IMG/VR virus record: IMGVR_UViG_3300027747_003534
Coordinates: 64,001 to 128,000 of that record
Source: a virus
Length of the DNA stretch: 64,000 nt
Direction: 5' to 3' (one strand)
Shown: positions 9,801 to 19,198 of the stretch, in pieces
Position numbering within the stretch: the first letter of the stretch is position 1
How the letters are laid out: every line of letters starts with the position of its first letter
The notes under the pieces: generated by a model
Told to the model about the DNA's origin: nothing
What the model saw: the letters and a program-made list of their open reading frames with translations, nothing else
Database searches by the model: none
Position numbers and translations under genes: made by a program

Positions 9801-11191
9801 CATTCCTTTATGTGAATTCTAGTGGTAAACTATTGTCCTATCCTTCTAGAGCATGCTCTGTACTATATGCCAGTAGTAATTCTTGGGCTACTGGAGATAC
9901 TTCTTTCAGATGGTTTAATAATCAATCAACCTTAGCCCTAGGAGCTACTGGCATTGTTAGTTATGATCTATTAGCAACTAATACTAATGATACAAATTAT
10001 AACATATTATTAAGTTCTAATAATCAAATTGATACAATATTTAATAATCGAGGATTAGGTAATAAATTTTCAGTTATTAATTCTGGAGCACTAAATACCA
10101 GAAGAGGGTTACATATTAGCCCCGCTAGTGGCCAAGTAGCTATTAATGTTATTCCAGATACTTTTAATAGTGTTATTAATCAGGCTCATTTATATGTTGA
10201 AGGTAAAACATGGACTAATAGTTTAAGAATAGGTCCAGGTATTACAACATCTGGCTTATATCTAAGAGTAGATAATGCTGGTAATGTGATCCCTAGCACT
10301 TTAGATCTAACAACACAATTTAGTGGTAATTATCCTATTACTACCACTTATACATCACTTGGTCAAAATAATGCTTTTAGAGTTGATATAGGTTTACAAA
10401 ATGTTGATAGAGCAGGTAATTCTTTGGGAGTTAATAACGATGGTCAGTCTTTAATATGGGATGGAGCCAAATGGAACTTAAATAAAGGCATTATAGCTCC
10501 ACAAAGCTCATGGTTATCTAATGATGACAAAACATTAAAGGGTTTGCAGTTTGGTTATAAGTCCAAGGTAAATTATACGTACCATACTCATGCATTTGCT
10601 GCTGGTTCTTTTTTACATGGATCTAATTTATATGATGGATCATCACAATTTACTCAACACTATCTAAGATGTCGAACTCCTGCTTCTGGAGGAAACATTG
10701 TTGCATTAACAACTAATTTTGCAAAAGACAGCGTGACTACTGAAAATCAGTACAATACTATAAGTCTTTCTAATGTGAATGGATATAATTATGATAATGT
10801 TTGGACATATAATATTTTTGTGTCCGTATTATGGCAAAATGGAACTAATAGCAGTAATCCTGCTGTGGGTGATAGACAAGCTGCTGGTATGAGTATTCAA
10901 GGATGTATTTATAGATCAGCTGATGGAACGATATTTACAAAACTTGGTCAAGAAAAAATAAATATATTTGCTACAGGAGTTGGTGTGGTTGGAATGCCTG
11001 CGGGAATGGGAGTTGGAACATATTTAGATAATGATGGTCAAACTAATGTTCCTAGATTAAGCATACGAGCAACAGGAGTTGATGGAAAAACAGCCCTATG
11101 GACAGCAACTGCACAAATTCACCAATTAAATCATCCGGCAGGGTCAGTTGACGGATCTCCATTCGGATATAATTTATATGGTAGTGTATAA
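6803..11191 (+). CDS. Tail fibre / adhesin-like protein with YadA-head-like beta-roll repeats
   Basis: 1462 aa, rich in N, G and S. Many (I/V)G..N repeats at ~14-aa spacing. Fibre-type motifs GRLGINTGLPDAVLHI and NRFGINTDRPTADLSV. Confidence 0.65.
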   Translation: MSYNITDNLVIGSGINPDITLSQTSGISTVFNANKQNIDFQISSTGNSSLTYDASTGRLGINTGLPDAVLHIVTPCSKDGLIIESITNCPTGVTLLLVHNPQTQPVSGSYPSIINLAGRDTNYNEIYYGQILSKILDPNTGSTSGEIIFTVDQTGINKPVFVANLANVTLGGNNSVSGFSYNIVGNYNELSGTLYNNIGSLNTGKINSGIIIGNSNIVNGDGVFLFANNSVFSGVSGINVGNSIVTSGSNNTLLGNFVNITGLHNILLGSNNNASISSTVGLAQGLTASGISGIVLGSNASNIGDFNIYIGNDTSVSGSNNNLIGSLVYLTGNNNLSYGNQNIVSGNNLICIGSYQTASNINSGIFIGNRIGSNDAVRSMIIGIGNNNNPNQQGLSDSILLGINNTINSGGVPDKLLLVGQNNIIKDITNSLLVGNQNNASGSINNTVFLGNTNSAGSNSNNNIIIGILNNQTGAYINTAGNISGIAKVMNIPLNNSVIAGINNAQYGGLSNNIVGNKNSVSGSNDTVIGSFNDLRHSSKSYSIGNSNYIIGDNIGAAGSNSLIVGKDSLVFNNSDKRMDVFGSGNIVLGYNQLATSGLVVGTNNKIYGLNNTIYGRNNTLGSIAHPFLMNGLSSFSISIPSLNVSNKYTVGDLALISIQSPASTGNTFIREILNITENTIDNTTVVQFSTSIGVDASNGYYSINSNFDDNNSPNNTVVSGLIMPYMVGGGAGGPELNPSYGCNNIIIGSNNKYIYSSGTVIGFNNNVSGVKNVVVGYGISGITDNTLYIGTNNLNKVILDNDLIVFNSGKVQSNFIVKSTDNNTSIVNIDLNNNRFGINTDRPTADLSVSGLTSTSTIRVGFSSPDQYVLTSNVNGYGTWQLPVRLSGLDTGLMVKINNKVGSGISNIYFDPNGESLNFNLDNNNGLIINPTGIFVNDGGNLYTMRIRGSGGDDFAKVLFNTNLGNNRIDFFNVSGNSGVFNNLSLASGLSLPISLTGTFLYVNSSGKLLSYPSRACSVLYASSNSWATGDTSFRWFNNQSTLALGATGIVSYDLLATNTNDTNYNILLSSNNQIDTIFNNRGLGNKFSVINSGALNTRRGLHISPASGQVAINVIPDTFNSVINQAHLYVEGKTWTNSLRIGPGITTSGLYLRVDNAGNVIPSTLDLTTQFSGNYPITTTYTSLGQNNAFRVDIGLQNVDRAGNSLGVNNDGQSLIWDGAKWNLNKGIIAPQSSWLSNDDKTLKGLQFGYKSKVNYTYHTHAFAAGSFLHGSNLYDGSSQFTQHYLRCRTPASGGNIVALTTNFAKDSVTTENQYNTISLSNVNGYNYDNVWTYNIFVSVLWQNGTNSSNPAVGDRQAAGMSIQGCIYRSADGTIFTKLGQEKINIFATGVGVVGMPAGMGVGTYLDNDGQTNVPRLSIRATGVDGKTALWTATAQIHQLNHPAGSVDGSPFGYNLYGSV

Positions 11192-11217
11192 TAAGTATTA
11201 GTTAGTAAGGACAAATA

Positions 11218-12657
11218 ATGGGATCATTATCAATAGGACCTAGCTTAAAATTAACACCAATTCCATTGGTCACAATAAGCAATGAAATACAAAGGGACGG
11301 AGCAGGAAAACCCATAGGGTGCACAACCAATATTACATTGAAGGGAGAAATATATCCCTCCGGAATACAATTTGGAGGAAATGATAATAATAATCCAACA
11401 CAGCAGTATACAGATGCATTATTAAACACCGCTCTACAAGCAGCAACTGGCATAAGACAAAAATTAAATAATTTATTTAGAGATTCCACGCCTATAGATC
11501 TAACACTGCCTAATTCATATGGCTTATTCACTAATTGTTATATTAAAAAATATTCTGTAGACGAAAATGAAAATAGATGGGTTAATACTATCCCATATAG
11601 CATAGAACTAATCTGCGAAAGAAATGAGCCCTCTGGAAATTTATATTTAGTTAATAGTACCAAAGACTCTTGGACTATAGAATCACTAGAAGAATATTGG
11701 AAAACAAATGCCGAAGGAGCTGGAACTAAGGGTCCTCTGTATAGAATTACTCATTCTGTAGGAGCTGTCGGAAAGTATTATCCAGGAACAACTCCGTTGC
11801 AAAATGCTAAGCAGTGGGTTAATAGTGGAAACTTAAATTTTGATGGTAATATAAATATAAATAATAATTTAGTGTTATTTAATCATATTAGAAAAGTAAA
11901 TATTAATAAATTTGAGGGTTCTTATGGTTTTGATGACACTTGGTTAGCTGTTGATAATTTAGAAGATATTTCAAAACATTCTATAGAAAATTTTGAAGTA
12001 GAAATTAGTATTGATGAATCTAAAAATATTGTAGCAAATGTTAAGGGGTCGGTTCAGGGAATAGAATTGTTTAGTAAAAATAATACTGGAATTCCAGGTT
12101 ATGATAAACCTGCTACTGATTCAACAAATTTTATTCCTACTACTGGGAGATTTGCTAATGCTTTAAAAACATATATTGATGTTAGAAATCAAATAAATAG
12201 TAGAGCTAGCGCTTTAGCTGGAGCAACATTAAATCCTAAACCACTGTCTATAGTAGAAGGATTTGATTCGGCTGCTGGATTGATAACATATAGCTTTTCT
12301 TATGATAGTAGACCAAAAACTATAGTGCCAGAAGCAATCAGCGAAAATATAACCGTAGATACTAACTATGGACAAAAAAAATTATATGCTTCTATTTTTG
12401 TTCTAGGACGAAAATTAGGTCCAATATTACAAGAAATTAACTCAAATGGAACATATAGTTCTACTACTGTCAATTATGAATGCGTTTTACCATCTTCAGG
12501 AATAGCAAATCTTAAATTTCCAATAACAATTTATAATAGTATACCTATTAAAGATTTTGCTCCTGACAATTATTTATATGTACAAAATAGCGGATTTTCT
12601 TGGAATATGAACGAAAATAGATTATCTATGACAATAGAGTATGTTCACAATGAGTAA
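11218..12657 (+). CDS. Virion structural protein (putative tail hub/baseplate), paralog of next gene
   Basis: 479 aa ORF in the tail module sharing motifs with 12641..14170. Confidence 0.5.
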   Translation: MGSLSIGPSLKLTPIPLVTISNEIQRDGAGKPIGCTTNITLKGEIYPSGIQFGGNDNNNPTQQYTDALLNTALQAATGIRQKLNNLFRDSTPIDLTLPNSYGLFTNCYIKKYSVDENENRWVNTIPYSIELICERNEPSGNLYLVNSTKDSWTIESLEEYWKTNAEGAGTKGPLYRITHSVGAVGKYYPGTTPLQNAKQWVNSGNLNFDGNININNNLVLFNHIRKVNINKFEGSYGFDDTWLAVDNLEDISKHSIENFEVEISIDESKNIVANVKGSVQGIELFSKNNTGIPGYDKPATDSTNFIPTTGRFANALKTYIDVRNQINSRASALAGATLNPKPLSIVEGFDSAAGLITYSFSYDSRPKTIVPEAISENITVDTNYGQKKLYASIFVLGRKLGPILQEINSNGTYSSTTVNYECVLPSSGIANLKFPITIYNSIPIKDFAPDNYLYVQNSGFSWNMNENRLSMTIEYVHNE

Positions 12658-14170
12658 TATAACAATATCTTTTAATAATTTATCTTTAGTCCCTACTCCA
12701 GCAGTTAGTATTAATACAGAATATTTAACTGTTGGTAGTGGTATTTCTAAAATACATACAATTAATCTAAATGGTTTATTATTTTGTAGTGGAATAACTG
12801 GTTTAATATCTGGCATAGAGACACCTAATGCTACCGGCATTTTAAATATTAATAGTAGTAGCTATGCTGTTAAAACCCTTAGTTCTAGTTTAGAACCAAC
12901 TAATGATAATTGGAGTACCACAATTCGTTATTCCATGAGTTTTGAAGGAGTAAGAACAGATGAAAATCCAGCTTTTAATACTTCAACAAATTGGCTGGTA
13001 AGTAAGATACAGGATGATTGGTCAATTGATCCATTAGATGAAAATTTTAAATATATTACAGAGCCAAATTTTGATACAAAATTATATACTCAACATCTAG
13101 CCAGCGATCTTTATTCTTTACCAGACTATCCCTTTTTTAAAATTACCAGAACCATAGGAGCAGTTGGAAGATATGAAACAAATAATCCTAATGTATTAAA
13201 TAATGCAAAAAATTGGGTTGATAATTATATAACTCAAAGTGATTCTACTCCTAGCTCATTTTTAACAAATTTTAGTAACATATATAATCATGTTAGAAAT
13301 ATATCTAAAAGCGTTACAGAGGGCTCGTATATCATTACTGATACTTGGGTAGCTAGTCGTGGTGGTGAAAACTATATACAAACATTAAATATACAGAGCT
13401 CATTAGACAGAGACGCCCTTAGAACAGTTACTATTGATGGAGAAATTAAAGGATTATCCAACGCCAATAAAACCTGGACAGACCCTGGTGCTAGTGGACT
13501 TATTATTCCAGCAGTTGCCGACGCGGCTGTCAAATATAATAATGCTCTTGCTAGATATGATGCAATATCAAATACTTTTACTGGTATGGCTACTAGCATG
13601 TTAGTTGAGACCTCTAGAAATACTAGTAATATGGTATATGATAATAATTTTAGATTTAAAACTGAATTTAATAGAAATGAGTCCAACGTAATAAATCCTA
13701 TTCCATTGTCTAGTGGAACTACTCATAATAAAACAGAAGGATCTGTAAAATTTAATATTACGTTTAATAATAGGCCAATAAATTATTTTAATGGAATATC
13801 AGAAAATATTAATGTTCAAGATTCTATTGGTATGTCAAAAATCATAACTCAACTAGTAATGTATGGTCCTCCGGTTTTGCAAGACTTGGGAACAAAAGCA
13901 TCTAATACTAGAACAATTTCTATAGATGCTAAATTTGCAAACGACCCTACTGTACAAAGTACTATAACTTATTATAATACATTAAAAACTAAAAAAGATA
14001 GCGTTAGGAGTTTAGTAACCAGTCTTGATCCTGGAAATGTATTAAAAAATATATCATCTCCTAACTTAGAAATAAAAAGCTTTTTAAAGGATAGTAGTGC
14101 CAAGATAGATGTGGCTAATAATTCTGTATCATGTAATGCTACTTATGAATGGGTCTTTAAAGGAAAATAA
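12641..14170 (+). CDS. Virion structural protein (putative tail hub/baseplate), paralog of previous gene; start may be 12650
   Basis: 509 aa. FKITRTIGAVGRY, LNNAKNWV, YNHVR and EGSY...DTW match the upstream gene. Confidence 0.5.
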   Translation: MFTMSNITISFNNLSLVPTPAVSINTEYLTVGSGISKIHTINLNGLLFCSGITGLISGIETPNATGILNINSSSYAVKTLSSSLEPTNDNWSTTIRYSMSFEGVRTDENPAFNTSTNWLVSKIQDDWSIDPLDENFKYITEPNFDTKLYTQHLASDLYSLPDYPFFKITRTIGAVGRYETNNPNVLNNAKNWVDNYITQSDSTPSSFLTNFSNIYNHVRNISKSVTEGSYIITDTWVASRGGENYIQTLNIQSSLDRDALRTVTIDGEIKGLSNANKTWTDPGASGLIIPAVADAAVKYNNALARYDAISNTFTGMATSMLVETSRNTSNMVYDNNFRFKTEFNRNESNVINPIPLSSGTTHNKTEGSVKFNITFNNRPINYFNGISENINVQDSIGMSKIITQLVMYGPPVLQDLGTKASNTRTISIDAKFANDPTVQSTITYYNTLKTKKDSVRSLVTSLDPGNVLKNISSPNLEIKSFLKDSSAKIDVANNSVSCNATYEWVFKGK

Positions 14171-14172
14171 TA

Positions 14173-17100
14173 ATGAGTTTAGTACAGACACAGTTTTTAG
14201 GATGTAGTATAACAAAATTTAACTTTAATTTAGCATGGGGGGAGGACAATAGCCAAGCTAATATAACAGTAGTTTATGATGATTCTAAAAGTAGTTCTAG
14301 TGTAGCTAACCAAGCTGATAGCGTTAAAACTAGTTTAATAAATAGAATGTCATCTAATGGAGATATTCCTACTCAAAATAGTTATATTATATCTCAAAGC
14401 ATACCATCAGATATGTCTGTATCGGCTAAAAAAAGAAGGTGGCCTACTAATAGTACAGTTTCTACAACAAGCGAAGAGGCTGATCCTAATTTCATAGGAC
14501 TAAACTATGATATAATAGGATGTCCAGCTAGATTTAAATATGATACTAATTTAGAATTTGGTGGATTGATCAAAAGTTGGAAAACAGTAGGATCAGTATC
14601 TGGAAAAGATATGTATGAAGTTACTTTACAAGGATACTCTACATTACTAAATAATAGCTATTTAATAATTAATAATTATATAGGATCTATTTCAGATTTT
14701 GTTGATAGTGATTGGGCGTCTCCTATGATAGTTGATACCGTTGGTGGTGGAACCCCAACTTTGTATCAAGGAAATATACCAAATGTCTTTAATGTTTATG
14801 GTTCCTATGAATCTGCTGTTTTTGGTAGTTCATTAAAAAATGACAGAGGAATGTCAGCTAAACAAATATATAATTTTTTAAGAAATTCATTCTCTTCTCA
14901 AAATCAATATAATCCTTATGGTGGACTAGTTACTAAAACAGTCGCTAATTTTGGTGGATCAATAATTGGTACATCTTCACTTCAGGATCAAGGACTATGT
15001 CGAGATATATCATGCGCTGATTCTATACAAAGAAGTTTATTTTCTATTGATATATCAGATATTCCAATACCTCCTGATACTTTATATATCCCTAATTCCG
15101 TTATAAGTATTGGAGAATTTATAAGAATATTATGCGAAGGCGCCGGGTGTGATTATTCTGTGATTTTTATTAATAGCACATCTGGAAATTTCACAGGAAC
15201 AATTAAAATAAAAACTGTTTCGAGAAGAAGCATACCATCACCGAATGCATTAAAAATTCAGATCAATAATTTAATAAATCAAAATAGTTCTAAGATATCT
15301 AGCTATTCTTACGGTCAAGAAATTTCAGATAATCCATTAAGATTAATGTATATAGGAGGAAAGCAAAAAAGACTTTATCAAGCTTTGTCTACTAATTTAT
15401 CTCAAACTCAAACAACAATGGTATATGATCCATATAAAGGTGTTTTTATGGGTTTGCCAGCTGCTACAGTAAATCAATATATGGTTCCAGATCGTAAATT
15501 TACAAGACGTTTTAATTCTTGGACTGAAGGAGTAGGATATGTTGGACAACAGGCAACAGCCACAGACTTTTATTCGACTGTAAATTTGGGCAGCGTCTAT
15601 TCAAGATGGAAGAATAATTATGAAGGAGTGGATAGTAGTTCAAATTCTTCAACTTCCAATTCTAATTATGCTATATACAATGATATTATAAGTCCTTATT
15701 TTGGTATGAATGGAGATACTTATAGTGATAGTGGAGCTGGTAATTTTAGCGGCACAGAAAATAATTATTCTTATTCTGATGCCAGAAAAGTATACTGGGA
15801 TAAAGAAACAAATCAATTAATGATAGTATTTATTAAAAATGACATAACTAGAGTTTTATCTAATCCATATTATGATGCTAGTTCATTTATAGTTATTGAA
15901 AATGAATTACGAGCAGCAGGAGCAGGTTTTGAATCATGGTTTACTTATTGTTTTGATAATTTCTTCTCAACAAATATAGAATCTCTAATGAAAGGATATT
16001 TTAGTAGTACATATGGTGGAAATTCTTACTTTAAAGCAATATCGATTATTAAATGGAATAGCATAGGAAAACAGAGCGGATCCATGAGTTTTAATAATCA
16101 TCCTGGAAATATAAATATTGATAATGCTAATGCATACGTTAGAGCTTTCTATCAAGATCTAAATAAAGTTTGGGAAATTATGAAAAAAGTTCATGATACA
16201 TATTATGGTAAATCATATATGGTTAGGACTCCATCAGTTCTATATTATCAAGACCCAGAGTCTGGTCAATATTTTTATAATTGGCAAATATCAACAGATG
16301 GAGCTTGGGAAGAAAATGGTACATTTATTGATGACACTATGGTTATTGGTTCTACAGTAGCTGATACTTTTAGGGATGAGGTAGGAAAGATAAAACCTAT
16401 TTTAGGCTTTAATGCTAATGCAGATAAATCAACAAAGGATGATTGGCTAGATACTCAACTTCAAGCATCTGCAGCTGGGGGCATGGGAGCTATGCATGCT
16501 GTAATTCAAAAAGAATATAGAAAATTTACATCAAGAGCAGAACAAAATAAATTCTTTTATTTTCCATTAGAACATAACTTGAGTCCAAGTGATTATACCT
16601 ATATACAATATGCTAGTCCATCAGTACAAAATCAAGGATATAGTTTTCCTTCTGTTAACGATGGAAGTTTTACAACTCCAAAAGGAGACAGTATTCCACA
16701 GGGCTATTCTTACAAAATGTATGTAGCAGCATCAGCTCAGGAGCAATTAGTTTATATAGATGGTACTCCTAGGGTAGTAATGTCTATAGATCAACCAATT
16801 AAATTAGGAGGTGGTAAAAATGAATGTGAAAGATCCTTAGTTTTTACTATGTTACATGATGCTATTTTAGCAAGCAAATATAATAGAACATTTAAATCTG
16901 GTTTTGACTCTACTAAAATTCGTGATGGAGCATTATTATCTTGGTTTTTGTGCGGAAATGCTAGGATTTCTAATGATATAAATACTACAGTTAGTGTTAA
17001 TGATAGTGGGCCTAACATTCCAATAGAACCTAAAGCAACATGTCCAGCATTTGCTGCTATTCCTATTCAATTTAATTTGGCTACTTATGGACCATGGATA

Positions 17101-19191
17101 GACAATCCTGGAAAAGCTGGTTTATACGGAGCAGGTACTATTAATAACTTAGCCGGACCTGTTAATGTTAAGGAAGATCCTGAATTGGTTCCATGGAATT
17201 TTGGAGGTATGGAGAATTTGGATTCGTATGTTTGTAAAACAATAGATAATGATGCTGCTTATCAACAAGTTCATGAAAATGGAGAATTAGGGATAGTAGG
17301 AATAGATACTAGTTTAGGATTGGTAGGAGATGTGTTGGTCGCTGGTGGTCCTTTAATATCTAATATTGTTGTTAATATTGCTGAAGATGGTATAACATCT
17401 AATTATACGCTAAGAACATATACTAGAAAATTAGGATTTTTTAATAAAGACAACACCGATAGGTTCAAGCAGCTTGCACTAGATAATTTTAAACAAAAAA
17501 AAGCTTTGAATGATTCTATTAATACAGCACAAAATGTATTAAAGGCTAATTTTGCAAAAACTATGGAGACTATTAGTAGTAGTGATATTCCTAAACAATT
17601 AAAATGGAGTCCTGGTAAAATTCTATTTGGGGCAAACAGGACTCATATTCATCCGGATTCTTCAGCTGTAATAGCCGGCTATAGTCCAGATTGGCATATG
17701 GCTCCTTATGGGCAAGCAAATACTAATCCAGTTGATTTGCCAAGATATGTAGGAGATATTGGGCTATATGAAACTGATGAAGCTCCAAGAGAACTTTTAA
17801 CAGACTATGATAGAAAATCTATTATGAGCTTAGATGGTATATTATCTCCTATTTCTTTTTATCCTAGTCCTTATGGATCAACATATAATATTACTAAATA
17901 TCCTAGAAGTAGATGTCCTATATGTTTAGGAGCAGGAACGTATTCTTATAAAAAATTAAATAACCCAACAATTAATAACTCAAGCTCATTTAGCACAGTA
18001 ACTAATAGCATTGAAGTTGTATCAAGCGTAGCTTGTGGATTTTGTGAACTAGACGATGAAAAAACTAAAAATAAATATATTGGGGCCTCTCCAAAAGAAA
18101 CTACTCCTCCATTTGTTATAGCGAGTGGTAATGATCTGGAAATTATTTCTAGAAATAGTATGTCTGCTTTGAGCGGAATTAGTGGTAATCCTATTATCAA
18201 TTATTCAACACTAAATCCAGTTTTATTAATGAGTGGAGAATTTGGTTGTGAACAAAATAGACAAAGCGGGGATACTGTTCCTCATTGTATAGATATGGTA
18301 TCAAATGGAATAGCTCCTCCATTTGGTGATGACAGTTTAAAACTATCCTATAGTGCTAATATTAATCATTTTTATAATCCTATAGACTATAATTATAATA
18401 ATTACTGCTCTCAACGAGGTATAACAAAACCAAGCTATACTGCAGTAGCTGGTTATTCTAATACCGAGAATTTACCGGCTAATAATATGAGATTTTTTGG
18501 CTTACGGGGGCCAGTAATGGTTCATGGTTGGGGTTATGATACCGAAGGATATCCTGTACCGAATGCTTCTGGAGAATTTTTACTAGATAGTAATGGAGCT
18601 ATTAAAAAAGACTCAGACAACAAGCCCCTGTATAAAAACCAAACACAAAATGTTGATGGCTCTTGGACGAAACCTTATAGAGAACATAAATTTTTTAAAG
18701 GTTGGGGTCAAATGCCAGGAACTTGGCCTGTTGGTCCAATAGATCTTAGATGGGATGCTAAGGCCAAAGTATGGACTGTTGGAGCTAATTATAAAAATGT
18801 ATGGATTAAAATAGAAAATGATTTAGTAAATAAACAACCGTCTAGAGGAGAAATAATAAGTGATCTAAATAATAACCCTTTGCCTAGTGGTCTTAGAAAA
18901 TTAGTTTTTGTAAAAGATGAATTGCAAATTAATCCCGCCCCAAGAGGAGCTCAAATTTATTGTAAATATGATAGTGATAGTGGTTTTTATCAACCTATTT
19001 ATAATAGACCATTTATAACATCAGGAATTATACAGGGAGGAACTACTGTACAATTATATCAAGTATTTAGTAGTGGCCAGATCACTTACACTACAGCATT
19101 TGATAACCCTATAGGCTTTAGTGTATCTCAGGGAAATAAAGGAGTTTTTGTTTATATAGATAGTGCGTGGGTTTTACAGTCACATAGTTAG
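14173..19191 (+). CDS. Large tail/baseplate structural protein with CxxCxGxG...CxxC insertion
   Basis: 1672 aa uninterrupted ORF tightly packed in the tail module. Function inferred from context only. Confidence 0.5.
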   Translation: MSLVQTQFLGCSITKFNFNLAWGEDNSQANITVVYDDSKSSSSVANQADSVKTSLINRMSSNGDIPTQNSYIISQSIPSDMSVSAKKRRWPTNSTVSTTSEEADPNFIGLNYDIIGCPARFKYDTNLEFGGLIKSWKTVGSVSGKDMYEVTLQGYSTLLNNSYLIINNYIGSISDFVDSDWASPMIVDTVGGGTPTLYQGNIPNVFNVYGSYESAVFGSSLKNDRGMSAKQIYNFLRNSFSSQNQYNPYGGLVTKTVANFGGSIIGTSSLQDQGLCRDISCADSIQRSLFSIDISDIPIPPDTLYIPNSVISIGEFIRILCEGAGCDYSVIFINSTSGNFTGTIKIKTVSRRSIPSPNALKIQINNLINQNSSKISSYSYGQEISDNPLRLMYIGGKQKRLYQALSTNLSQTQTTMVYDPYKGVFMGLPAATVNQYMVPDRKFTRRFNSWTEGVGYVGQQATATDFYSTVNLGSVYSRWKNNYEGVDSSSNSSTSNSNYAIYNDIISPYFGMNGDTYSDSGAGNFSGTENNYSYSDARKVYWDKETNQLMIVFIKNDITRVLSNPYYDASSFIVIENELRAAGAGFESWFTYCFDNFFSTNIESLMKGYFSSTYGGNSYFKAISIIKWNSIGKQSGSMSFNNHPGNINIDNANAYVRAFYQDLNKVWEIMKKVHDTYYGKSYMVRTPSVLYYQDPESGQYFYNWQISTDGAWEENGTFIDDTMVIGSTVADTFRDEVGKIKPILGFNANADKSTKDDWLDTQLQASAAGGMGAMHAVIQKEYRKFTSRAEQNKFFYFPLEHNLSPSDYTYIQYASPSVQNQGYSFPSVNDGSFTTPKGDSIPQGYSYKMYVAASAQEQLVYIDGTPRVVMSIDQPIKLGGGKNECERSLVFTMLHDAILASKYNRTFKSGFDSTKIRDGALLSWFLCGNARISNDINTTVSVNDSGPNIPIEPKATCPAFAAIPIQFNLATYGPWIDNPGKAGLYGAGTINNLAGPVNVKEDPELVPWNFGGMENLDSYVCKTIDNDAAYQQVHENGELGIVGIDTSLGLVGDVLVAGGPLISNIVVNIAEDGITSNYTLRTYTRKLGFFNKDNTDRFKQLALDNFKQKKALNDSINTAQNVLKANFAKTMETISSSDIPKQLKWSPGKILFGANRTHIHPDSSAVIAGYSPDWHMAPYGQANTNPVDLPRYVGDIGLYETDEAPRELLTDYDRKSIMSLDGILSPISFYPSPYGSTYNITKYPRSRCPICLGAGTYSYKKLNNPTINNSSSFSTVTNSIEVVSSVACGFCELDDEKTKNKYIGASPKETTPPFVIASGNDLEIISRNSMSALSGISGNPIINYSTLNPVLLMSGEFGCEQNRQSGDTVPHCIDMVSNGIAPPFGDDSLKLSYSANINHFYNPIDYNYNNYCSQRGITKPSYTAVAGYSNTENLPANNMRFFGLRGPVMVHGWGYDTEGYPVPNASGEFLLDSNGAIKKDSDNKPLYKNQTQNVDGSWTKPYREHKFFKGWGQMPGTWPVGPIDLRWDAKAKVWTVGANYKNVWIKIENDLVNKQPSRGEIISDLNNNPLPSGLRKLVFVKDELQINPAPRGAQIYCKYDSDSGFYQPIYNRPFITSGIIQGGTTVQLYQVFSSGQITYTTAFDNPIGFSVSQGNKGVFVYIDSAWVLQSHS

Positions 19192-19198
19192 GTTATCA

